Assembly (NCBI GenBank): GCA_021432655.1
Contig: MU271225.1
Span: 1-64,000, forward strand
Direction of reading: 5' to 3'
Source: Atractiella rhizophila
Taxonomy: Eukaryota
Length of the DNA stretch: 64,000 nucleotides
Position numbers and translations under genes: made by a program. The notes beneath the pieces were generated by a model that saw only the letters and a program-made list of their open reading frames with translations, was not told the origin of the DNA and made no database searches. How positions within the stretch are numbered: position 1 is the stretch's first letter; each line of letters starts with the position of its first letter. Shown one piece after another: positions 50,900 through 62,800 of the stretch.

Positions 50900-51794
50900 G
50901 TTAATATCCCCTCATGCTTATAATCCTTATACGTCATGATAGCTAGGTCTCAGGCCGCACATTCGATGTACTCACACTGAGATACGATGGATAATGGCAA
51001 AGTAATATGTAAGCATATTGTTAGGACTGACACTATGTGCGGTCACCGACGGACGATGCGTCTGGAGTGGAGATAAACCTAAGAGCATGATATGACATGA
51101 AGACTAACCTGTAGTGGAGATAAACCTAAGAGAATACTCTAAGGTCACCTCCACTACTCTCCAATCTATATATACAAGCGGAATAACACTGCCACAGAGT
51201 GTAGAGAAGAGCAGATGAAACATGTAAGAGAACTGAAAAGGGGAAGTGACAGTGGGATTACACGGAGTTAATAAGAGGAGAATAGACACAGAGTGGCAAC
51301 GGGAGACGTAGAGTGGCGACCGGGCGCCGACTCGCAGGGAATGCAAATGGGCGATAGGAGACGCAATCCGGCGAACGGGCGCCGATTTGCCTAAGATGAA
51401 ACCTGACACATAGCTTGACATATATGGGGTGTGTATTTTTCCTTCGCTTTTTATGATGTTTGCTCACTCTTATCACACATCAAATGTAGTAATATCTAAC
51501 CCTCAGGCCCATCACTCACCGCCCTCACATCTAAAATATGAGAGATATTGGCGAAGCAGTGGGGAATTGCAATTGTTGACATATCTGAGGTGCATATTTT
51601 GTCCTCCGCTGTTTTAATGTTTGCTTGTTCTCAATACACATTATGCGTTATTGAAGCTACATCTCAGGCCTCCCATTCGCGCTGCTCACCTCTAAAAATC
51701 GATGGATAATGGCGAAGCAATGGAGAATTGCATTTTTTGACGTATATGAGGTATGTGTTTTGTCCTCGCTTTTTTTAATGTTCACTCATCGTTA
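50900..51794. repeat. Degenerate 161-bp tandem repeat array (~3.5 units)
   Basis: TTGAC(A/G)TAT recurs at 51415, 51576 and 51737. CTCAGGCC..CTCAC..GATA(A/T)TGGC(A/G)AAG recurs three times, the first upstream of the solo LTR. Confidence 0.8.
51019..51408. mobile_element. Solo LTR (390 bp)
   Basis: TGTTAGG...CCTGACA inverted termini, flanked by CATAT/CATAG (5-bp TSD with 1 mismatch). Removing it restores the 161-bp repeat unit. Confidence 0.75.
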
Positions 51795-53107
51795 CACTGC
51801 CAATCGAAGTTGATCTGAATCCAGCCGTGCCCCGCAAATTCTGAATCCAGAACTCAGATATGGCTGGACGGGCCAATGCAGTTGGCTGGACAACTGGAGA
51901 AAGATGAGATCGCATCTGGATTCAGATGTAGACGACCGCTTGCGTCTGAACGCGCCCTTCATCCAGTCGTAGTGTCAGCTGGACTTAGCTGCTAACACCT
52001 GAAATCAGATGATTTGCACCTGCGCTCAGCCGTCCCTCCGTCCGAAAGCACCTGCCAACAGCCGTAAGCAGTCACCTGACAACCTGCCCTCAGCCGCTCC
52101 ACTCATCCGTATCCAGGCGCACCAAGCTGTAACCGTCCGGCCAGACAGCTGCATGCATTTGCATTGCACTTCTGCCTTGAGCTGAGAATGCATTGTATGT
52201 CCGCCCACATGCGTCTGCCCTTTACCTGTAGATACGAAAGTTTCTTCTTTTCCTTCTGTTCACCTCTTGGGATTGTAACCATTTTGGCTTCTTGTGAGCT
52301 AATTAACTTTTATTTGAAATATCATCAAAATGCAATTCTACACAACAGTATTGACAAAGATGGTCTGGAAAGTTCCACAATAATGAGCAGTTGGGAGGGA
52401 TCAGTAAGTATGGAGAGGATGTTGACAGAGAGAGCTGGGTCCCGGAACGAGCCACCCAGGACCTTGATGATCGGCGTGAGAGGAGTGGCTGACATGTGGA
52501 ACAAACCTAATATGGTCTTGTCAGCAGTGGAAGGACTTAGACGTTTTCGAAAAAGTGAAGTCCTGATGTGTGGAAACGCTTGCTTCAAAGGGAGGTTAGA
52601 AAATACGAAAACCAGTAAGCATCTCAATAGTTTAATGGTATGTACACTGACTCCTTTGCTAAACTTCTCGGTTCAATCCCCACTGACGACAAAGCTCTGA
52701 ATCACCCAAAAAATCAGAAATAATAGTGTGGGAAACATGGAGGCAACGGCAGAAAACCCCAAAGCAGCGGAAAGGGTGTTTCTTTTTTTAAACCTGTTGT
52801 CAAACTACTGGCTGCATACAGATGCTTACAGATGAACACAGATGTCATTGCAGGTGTGAGAGGATGGACGATGCAGGTACAAGCAGATTAACATCTTCTG
52901 GATTCAGACGCGCGTCATTTGCACGCGGACACGTGCTCAGATGCAACCAGTCGCAGACGGCTACAAGCAGCCGCAATTCACATGACTTCAGTTTGCAGAT
53001 ATGGCTGGACAGCTGAGTCCAGTTGATGATCAGAACAATACAGTTGTGATTGTCTGGTTACAGTTTTTAGATTCAACTGACCACCACCTGAAACTGAATT
53101 GGTAGTG
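51795..53107. mobile_element. Non-autonomous TIR DNA transposon, CACTA/CMC-like (1313 bp)
   Basis: Left end CACTGCCAAT; right end ATTGGTAGTG (reverse complement CACTACCAAT). TA on both sides. Both subterminal regions are rich in short repeated motifs (CAGATG, GGCTGGAC, CTGGATTCAGA). Confidence 0.65.
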
Positions 53108-54641
53108 TATTACATGTTATACAGGGCAATAACAGCATCATATACGTTATGTTCAAGCGACTTAACAGGAAAACACATTGGGTATTGATGTCAGAAGGCA
53201 CGATCACATTTCAAGTTTCCATATATCTATATCTTTATTTCGTTTTTTTTTTTTGCTTCAGAGGCAGACACATTCCTTTTCATAGACACTGGAGCAGTCT
53301 AAATTATGTCTATGATGAGTCATTAATCATTACTACATTTTTGCATTCAATAATATTCGAGGTCGACCACTTTTGTGTTTGCAGCCCGATGCGGCACAAA
53401 CCTCCCCGCAATTGAACACAGGTCTCGGCATTCCGCATTTATTTCCGACATTGCGGGACTAGGCGGAGTTGACATCACAAGCAGAGCAAGCCAGTTAAGG
53501 AGTGTTCATGATTCGTTGTGCGCGAAAACCTTCCCTCCTCTCCTGCCCGGGGGCTTCGTAAACGCACCGAATTGTGTACCTGATTTCCTACTCCTTAGCT
53601 TGATTTCGCTATCGGGTGTCGACTCCAATCGAACGTCTATTAACGAGTTTGAAACTGAATGTATGAAAGTATAGGAGACAGAGGATGGTGGTGGTTCTAC
53701 CTGAGACAGAATACCAGCAGAGAGGAGGAAAACGGGCAGACGGTAGGAAGGCCGGTTTAAACTCTAACGAAAACCAGATGTAGCGCGAACGAACAGTCGT
53801 TTAACAGTTGTATTTCCAAGTACATTTCGAACCATATGAATAGCGGAGCTAACCGGAGTGAGACCCCTTGGGCAGACAATTGTCAGGACAATTGCACAAG
53901 CTCCGTGATCTGGAATGCAAGCCTGTCTGTATCAAGCGACGAACCCTCTCTGCGTCCCTCTTTCACACACTGTTGACACCGTGAGGGAAGGCAAGATATT
54001 TCAGTTGTTACCGGAGAATTTCAAGTTAGGTAGGGTTTTGCAGTTGGTTGTTATTCCATAGGAAACTATCAGAGGGTCCCATCGGGTCAGATGTGAGTGT
54101 TGCTTCAAGTTTATCAAGCCTGGGAGTTGAGTCGCCTTGAACTGGGTTGAACTCTCTCGTAGCGAAGTGAGCGAAATGACTTGCTCTTTGTTTCTCCCTC
54201 AACGCTACAATATTTTGATGTCTCACACCTGCTTGACATCTCAGACTGAAGTATATATCCCCTAGTAATCACATCCAAAACACAATTCTTTGTTGCAAAC
54301 TTTCACTTCCTTTGGCAGCAGAGATCTTCACGCTTAGATGGTCTATTGCTTTGACATGTGCCATCGTTGCTTTTGTCAAACATTCGTTTTCTGTGGTCGA
54401 CGGATTCCTCAAGTTGCCCTGAGCTCCACGATTTCTTCCACGCATTTGTACGTACCGATAGAAATGTATCATATTCCTACATTGTTCTCCTTTTGCCTCG
54501 CTGAATGCTCACATTTCGCTTCCTTTCTCCTTTGCAGCTTTCGTTCAGATATCTGACCTGCGTTTATTTAGCGTGATCTAACGTTCAATAAATCAGTTAT
54601 ATTCCAATACCGTTGGCCACTAACATCTTTTGTCCTAAGCA

Positions 54642-57600
54642 ATGGATACCAAGGCGTGTGCGCCATGTTCATCAAATCCTAGCCACCATGACGACCCCGA
54701 CAATTTGTCCGAAGCCGACGGCGCATTCAGCGCAAATTCGCAACGACTTCGTCCTTCCATTGAATCCGTCGTAGTTCAAAACCTTTCAGTATTGCAGCTC
54801 TATTGTCAACCCAGTCCTTTTCTGAGTGCCAACCCGACAATTTTTGCGCCTCAATTTCGCTTCCTATCGCGCAACATAACGCCAATTATCTCCAGAGATG
54901 TCACCGCAACTCCTTTCTCATCCCACGTCTCCTCCAGCGTTCAACCTGTCAAGATTTTCAAAGTTTCCGAAAATATCAAGAAAGCGAATCCGCTGGGATT
55001 ACGGATTCTTTGTATCGACAATGGAGGCATCCGCACCTTCTCCTCTCCATATATGCTTGAACCCATTATGCTTCAAGCCGCGCAGCTTCTCAACGTACAA
55101 GACGATGAAGAGCTTAGACCTTGCGATGTTTTTGATCTCATTTGTGGGGCTTCTACTGGCGGCTGGATCGCACTTATGCTGGGGAGGCTGGGAATGACTG
55201 TTCGTCAATGTATTGCGGCATATGAAGAGATCAGGCGAAGCGTATTTCTAGACGAGGTTTCACATCCTAACGGCGAGTACGTGTACTCGGCGGAGAGTCT
55301 CGAGAAGACTTTCATCTCCATCATCCAGCAGCACACACGCTCTTCTGAAGATTATGCCAAATCACTTCCAATGAAAGATAGTTCTCTCTTCAGGACAGAT
55401 GCAGAACATTTGTCCTCTCTACCTACGGGTCTAACGTTGTCGTTTCTACGGAGATGCGCACCTACGATATTCGCCGTGCCGGTTCCTCTCCGTTTATACC
55501 TGCTTCCCCTCATGCGGTCTGGCAAGCTGCAAGGGCAACTGCCGCTGCTCCTCCGTTCTTCTCACCCATCGAGATGGGTTCAACCCGCTACGTTGCTCTG
55601 GGTAGGGACAACCCTACAGCAATAGCTATCGAAGAGGCGAGGCGGATTTGGGGACCCACTAGTGAGATTGCCTGTCTTGTATCTCTCGGTCCGGGGATTG
55701 CACAGGCTGTCAACTTGGGCCACACTCAAGATGATCTCGAGCGAGCGTTGAAGGCGATTGTCGCGGATTGCTCAAAAGTGGCGAACGACGTGAAGAGGAA
55801 GATGCACGATCTTGATCTGGACCATTGTTATCATCGGTTCTCGGTTGATACGGTTGGAGACTTCGAGTGGGAGGCGTGGGAGCGAAAAAATGATGTGGTA
55901 GGCTGCACGAAGGCTTACATGGAAGCAATGAATCACGAAGTGCTCAAGGCAACTAAGGCTCTCGTGCAAGGTATTCTCCCTGATTGATTGTGGTTGCATG
56001 CTAACCTTCTCCTGTTTAGCTTGTAAACAACGCATAGCAGTGATCAGAAAGATTCCGCTAGATAAGCCTGGAGCCTGCTACGGAAGAAAAGAGGAAGTCC
56101 AAAATGCGATAGACGTCATCGTCACTAACAAGAAACACCTCGCGATCTTCGGTGGCGCAGGAAATGGGAAGTCGACTGTGGTTCTCCAAGTTTTACATGC
56201 GAAGGAAGTCAAAGATGCGTTCACGACTATTGTGGACGACAAAGAGGAAGACTTTCGTTTCTTCGCACGGTGTGACACTGCTGATACTTTTTCTGCACTC
56301 TGCACACAACTTCGCCAACAGGTGTTTGGAATAGCTTGTCTACCTGAAGAAACGGAGCTCGATGCTGTTGCACGATATTTCCGCGATCACAAATGTCTCC
56401 TTATCTTGGACAATTTTGAGACTCCCGCGGAATTGGACAAAAAGAACCTGCAGAAATTCTTTCAAAATCTTCTTTTTGCCACCTCGCAGTCCATTCTCGT
56501 CGTGGTGCATCGAGGCCATCAAATCTATCGAGTGGATGTCACAAAGGTGAAATTTCAAAAGCTAGTGATTGGAGGACTTAGCAACGCCGCCGGAAAAGAA
56601 CTATTCGAGTACACTTATGAGGGAAAAGAGGATTGTGCAGACCAGCTACTGGAAACCATTTTTGCCAAGCTGGATCACCATGCCTTGTCAATCAAGCTCT
56701 TTGTTCTTCGTGCGAACGGAGAATCAATGAAAAAGATTTCAAGTCTGTTGGGCGAATGGGAGGCCAAGAAAACGGATATGCTCTGGAAAGAGGATAGTGA
56801 AGAGACCGCAACTCTCGCAACTTCAATATTTTTTTCACTTAATTCACCTCGTCTGAAAGCTCATGAGGACCTAAGTATGTTTATTCTCGCTATCCTATCT
56901 TGGACCCCCAACGGGCTTCACCGCAATGACATTGTGGCTGTAACGGAGAAGTATCTCCCAGGTTTCAAGGAAGCTGACAAAGTCATCACTTCAATTTTGT
57001 CAGTTGGACTCGCTGAGGAGATGAATGATGCCTTGACGGACTCGGCACGATTGCGGATGCTTGCACCAATTCGCGAACACTTTAAGCACATGGTCCTGTG
57101 TTCCGATCCTCTCTTTAATTCGATAACTGTCGCTATGTCACTCCAGCCTCTTGCGAACCACCTCATGCAGAAAGCTGAGAGAAATATCGAACAGTTCGAG
57201 GCTGACAAGAATCATGACGCATTGCTTCTCTTCCGTGAACAATACCCAAACCTTGAACATGTCCTGCTAGCAAGCATGTTGCACCTGCCAGACCCATTAT
57301 CAATCATTCATCGTTTGGAGAACATGTCAGAGTTCCTACGCGTGAAACACTACCTCTCAACCTCGCTCTTCGAGCAGGCAAAGCATGTCGTGAACACCGC
57401 GCTGGGAGTGACGCCTTTTGTGAAACAGAGTCACTCAAACTTGTTGCGACTGAAGTGTTCGTTGTCTAAGTTCCTTGGCTACTGTTTATGCAATGAGGGG
57501 GACCATGAGAATGCACTGATGGCGTTCGACGAGGCAAAGCAGATCTATGAGGAAGTAGGAGATCGACAGGGTCAAGCTGCCTGCATCATGAGCATCGGGG

Positions 57601-59186
57601 AGATCGATTTCCGATGCGGCCGAAACAAGGCCGCATTGAAGGCGTTCAAGACGGCGAAGGTGATCTATGAGGAAGTAGGACATCGATACGGTCAAGCTAT
57701 GTGCATCTGCAATGTCGGGGAGATCAAGGTTCGATGCGGCTGTAACGAAGACGCGCTGAGGGCGTTCGCAGAGGCAGAGGAAATCTGTGTTGAAGTGGGG
57801 CATCGACTCGGTCAAGCCAACTGCATCTTGAGTGCCGGTGAGATCCAGTCTCAATACGGCCGGAACGAGGATGCACGGAAGGCGTTTGAGGATGCGAGAG
57901 TGATGTATGCGGAAATTGGAAATCGACTCGGTGAAGCCAACTGCATCTTCAAGGTCGCAGAGATCGATTTTCGATGCGGCCGAAATGAGGACGCGTTGAA
58001 GGCGTTCAATGAGGCAAAACAGATCTATGGGCAAGTGGGAGTTCGACGGGGGCAGGCCCACTGCGTCCGCAACGTAGGCGAGATCGATTTTCGATGTGGC
58101 CGGAATGAGGACGCGCTGAAAGCGTTCAACAAGGCAAAGCAGATCTATGAGGAAGTAGGACATCGACAGGGTCAAGCTACCTGCATCATGAGTGTTGGGG
58201 AGATCGATTTCCGATGCGGTCGAAACGAGGACGCATTGAAGGCGTTCAAGACGGCGAAGGTGATCTATGAAGAAGTAGAACATCGACTCGGTGAAGCCAG
58301 CTGCATCCGCAATGTCGGGAAGATCGATTTTCGATGCGGCCGGAACGAGGATGCACGGAAGGCGTTTGAGGAGGCTAAGATGATGTATGAGAAAGCTGGA
58401 AATCGACTGAATCAAGCCAACTGCATCTTCAATGTCGCAGAGATCGATTTTCAATGTGGCCGAAACGAGGACGCGTTGAAGGAGTTCAATAAGGCACAAC
58501 AGATCTATGAGGAAGTAGGAGAACGTCAAGGTCAAGCCAACTGCATATTCACCGTCGGGGAGATCGAGTCTCGATGTCTCCGGAACGAAAACGCGCTGAC
58601 GGCATTCAACGAGGCAAAGCAGATCTATGTGGAAGTGGGTCATCGACTGGGTCAAGCCAACTGCATCTTGAGCATTGGGGAGATCCAGTCTCGATGCGGC
58701 CGGAATGAAATTGCGCTGAATGCGTTCGGGGAGGCAAAGGATATCTATGGCAAAATAGGGCATCGATTGGGTGAAGCCAACTGCATTCAGGGTATTGGGG
58801 AGATCAAGCTGTTGTATGAACAGAATGAAAAAGCCCTAGAATGTTTCCAGGAGGCAAAGGAGCTTTTTCTGGTGGCGAAAGACCTCGGAGGTCAACATCG
58901 CTGCCTTATGAACATGGGTCAAATTTATGCTCGAGACAGTCAGGGTATTTTCAAGACAATCGAAGTTTATGAGGAAGCAGTGAATATGAGTAGCGCAGCA
59001 GGTGGCCACAGCGAAGCCTATAGCAGGAAGCGTCTTGCCATGCTTCTCTTCCTCTCATCTCAGTACCAGCGCGCTAGAGAAGAATTTACTCTTGCCCGTC
59101 AGCTCTTTGCTGATTGTTTGGCCAACTCCGAGGTGCGCGATTGTGACAGTTGGCTTCAGAAGACAAATGGACAGGCAGATATATAG
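54642..59186 (+). CDS. Fungal NLR copy B: patatin + STAND + full TPR array; +2-nt (CT) frameshift in the patatin domain at ~55385
   Basis: Same motifs as copy A; intron at 55971-56019; 1062-aa STAND-TPR ORF. GATAGTTCTCTCTTCAGG here versus GATAGTTCTCTTCAGG in copy A. Confidence 0.88.
57496..58870 (+). repeat. Coding 120-nt tandem repeats (~11 TPR units with high internal conservation); also at 47245-48538
   Basis: Unit consensus GHRxGQANCIxxVGEIDFRCGRNEDALKAFxEAKQIYEEV. Confidence 0.95.
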
Positions 59187-59544
59187 GTTAGTATGACTCC
59201 TTTTACTACCTTGTGCTCGCTAACCTCCTTTGGAGCATGTATTTGACAAAGTAATGCTGTCATCTAAATGAATGCAGGTAATTGGATATCGAAATTTTTA
59301 TCTATGTGATCCAGATCTCGGTTGAGGCCAAGCTGGACTGCAAGTCAGGTGGCCACAGTAAGGATAAAAATTCCAGCGTTGACTGCTTCTCCTGTGGCTG
59401 TGAACACAAAGCTACTGCGAAACCAAATTAGCTGACAGGTTCTTGATCAAACGCAGACTGACCAAGCATTCATGGTTATAAGGGCTCTGATAGCATAGAG
59501 GGTTTCCTCGTCCCAAAAATTTCTACAGGTCAGAGCAATCAATC

Positions 59545-59868
59545 TGTGAGAGAGGGACATACCACATGACTCCGTTTTACTTCGTCGTTTTCCTTACCTT
59601 CACTTGCTTCTCTCGCTTTGTTCATGTTCCTTCCCTTCGCTCGCTTCTCTCGCTTTGTTCATGTTCCTTCCCTTCGCTCGTTCCTCTCGCTTCGTTTCCC
59701 TCTCTCTCTCTTGTTCTCCACTCGTCGGCACATGTACATAGGGTTAGGGCCATCACCAACTGATTCCCCAGCGTTTCCACCATCTCATTTCGCTGGGATC
59801 AGGTACGTAGCTTCATTGTATGTCAGAGAGCATTTCCACCATCTCATTTCGCTGGGGATCAGCTCACA
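59545..59868 (+). mobile_element. 5' LTR (324 bp) of the Copia element, followed by PBS TGGTAGCGAGAGCC (59869-59882)
   Basis: TGTGAG...CTCACA inverted termini. TGGTAGCG is complementary to an initiator-tRNA-Met-type 3' end. Two internal short duplications. Confidence 0.8.
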
Positions 59869-62800
59869 TGGTAGCGAGAGCCATCTAGTAGCTATAATAC
59901 CCACGCGTGTCCAGTTTTGGGTTTAACGCCACCCATTACGAATTTTAACAACAAATCTGACCTTGTCAACATCATATGTCTCGATACCTCACACCTTCTG
60001 ACAATAGAGACCCACCACCACATATCCCTTCTCAACCGCTGTCTCCAACACCATTGCATACTACCGAACCTTTAATTAAATCCTCTCCTCCGTTTCTTTC
60101 CGTATGGCCGACATGGCGTTTTCTTCCACCTCCTCGGGGTTGATCATCGATGGAGTACCATCTATCATACACATGGGATTCAAGAGCTGGTGGGAGGTGA
60201 TGAAATTGGGCTTGCAAGTGAGAATGGTTTACCGTTATGCTCTGGATGTCGCTTCTGAGGGGAGTTCCGTCGGTCTAAACCGGTTCGTAACGATTTTCAA
60301 AATCAGTCGCAATGGGAGGATGCTATGGAAAATGGGAAGCTGGAAATGCGAGAGCGGTGGCCATACTCCTTGCCAATCTCGATGTGATGGCGGTGAAGCA
60401 ACTTTCTGAACAGAACCGCCAGGTCGCCAGTGCGATCCTTGCGAAGATGCGTACCCTTTTTGGTACCATGCAGGCAGTCATGGGCCATACCATTTTTGCA
60501 CGATTAGTCAATTTTCATCAAGGGGGATCTGGATCTGGATCAATGGCGCAATTCATAACCGACTGGAATTCGATTTATGCCGAATTGGTTTCTGCTGATG
60601 CGTCTTATGCACTTTCTGATGCAGCCAAGTTCCTCATTTTCGTCAATCTCCTCGAATCGGAATGGAGAAATTTGCCTTGAACCCAAAGAATGTAACTCGA
60701 AACGATATCACCGGCCTCTTCGAAAAATTGAAGGCAGAAGACATGACAAACGCCGTCATCGAAAATGGGAACGCAGGGATGAACCGGCGTTATCAAAGGG
60801 AAACGAGTGTTTACGCCGTATCGACTCCATACTCCCGATCTGTGCCCCTGCCACCGTCGTCCCAGCCTCCGATGGGATCCTATACTCCTATGCCTCAATG
60901 GTCCCCTTCTCCTTCGCGAACGTTTCAAACATTTGACTCCTCGCCGCGATATCGTTTAACCCCCCTTTACCGTACGGCCTCGTCGAATTCCCCTGTGCCT
61001 CGTGCTACCACGCCTCATATTCAATCTTCTAGCCCTAAGACCACTCAAGGCCAATATCAGCTTTTGTCAGTCCGCCCCCTACACTACAGCAACTCGGAAA
61101 GGAGTACTGTTTTACACGCCGCGTTTATGGCAGGCCTGGCACAAGGGTTTTTGGCAGACGGGCATGGGATTATGACGGACTGGAATTATGGCCGGGTTCA
61201 ATAGCGCCTTCGGGACATTTCGTTGTACACCCGAACCAATGCGTCTACTATCTCGGGATGGGGCATATCTCTTCCGGTTGCCACGTCCCTGCTGGCCAAC
61301 AGGATACTGCCCGCGATGCTGCTTTCGTATCCATGGGTATCACTCTTCGTCCAAGTCCTCCAGGACGCCCGAATTATGTCCATCCATCTGTACTAATTGC
61401 CAGCCCTGTTTTCTCAACGAGCGATGAGCTCAATGATACCGGTATCCCACTCACCGGCAACGACGTATTTAGCCCTGGCCCGGACGGTCGATTCGATGGC
61501 AATTTGGATGGCAAGGTGATTTATTCCGGTGACTTAGCATACTGGCCTTCCTATGTTCAAGCAGCCTACGACCAACGCCGTTGGCCCATACCTCAACCTG
61601 CGTGAGATCCTGAGCTCAAGATCCACCCACTATTCATCCCTCGATACACGTACAACAACCCACTTCCTTCCTCCGAATCGCATTTTCATACCCACGTTCA
61701 ATATGCTCCTGATGGTGACATGGCTTTTAAAGACGCGCTACAGGAGATCTCAGACTCAGAATACCTAGCTTGTGTAGAGGAACACGAAGCGACCTCGAAG
61801 AAGCCCCCTCCCTCGCCAAATCAATCTCCCCTCCTTGTTTCACCTCATGCTTTTGTTTCATCAGTTCAAAATGAAAAACTTTTTCCTTCTGTTTCTAACG
61901 ATGCTCTGAATGCCTTGTCCTTTTCTTCTTGGATTCAAAATTGCTTGCCATTTGCTTTATCTCGTTATCTTAACTTTGAATTACCTTAGCCTTTGTTTCG
62001 TCTTCTGGAATCTCCTGCTTCTATTGCCGAACGGTTCTTACCCATCGACTATATGGCGAACGTTTCTGCTCTCCACTCCTCCACATTTTCCGACCTCGAT
62101 TCAAAAACTCGCTCATTCCCTTTACGAGCTACGATGCCGTTATACCTCCTACGGCTTTCCGCTTCCTCGCACGTGAACACCCAGATATCCCTTCCATATC
62201 TGTGGATTGCTACGTCGACTCGGCTGCAACAGTTCACATGTCCGGATCCACCGAACTGTTCGATGACCTCCAGCCGATATTACCTCCTGTCTTCGTTGGT
62301 GGCGAGTTTGGGAGTGGCGGATTCGCGACCCACATGGGCAGAGTTCGACCACTTCTTGAGGATCAAAGCGGGCTCTCGATTTCCCAAGCGGATTTTGGCA
62401 CCGGTCTCTACGTCCGTGGACTCGGTGTCACTCTGGTATCTCATTTCGACCTCATGTGCCGTGGGATCCGATTTACCAACGACCGCAAACACCTCTTCTT
62501 TCGTCGTGAAGATGGTAGACACTTTGGTATGGCAAAGTTCGGCCAGTCGCAGATAGGACTCCAGGCAAGATCCCCCTCCCTACCTATCCAAATAGCAAAC
62601 ATAGCTCACTCAAGCCCGTCTGCTTTTGCAGTTACGAATTCCAAAATGTGGCATTCATGTTTAGGTCACATTGGTGCCAAACACTGGCGGGAGCTATGTA
62701 CGGGAGATTGGGGTACAGGATTCGATTGTAATCAAACCACGTTTGAATCCTGTACTATCTGCGCGGCTGGGAAATCGAAAGCACGTCCGAATCGAAGGAC

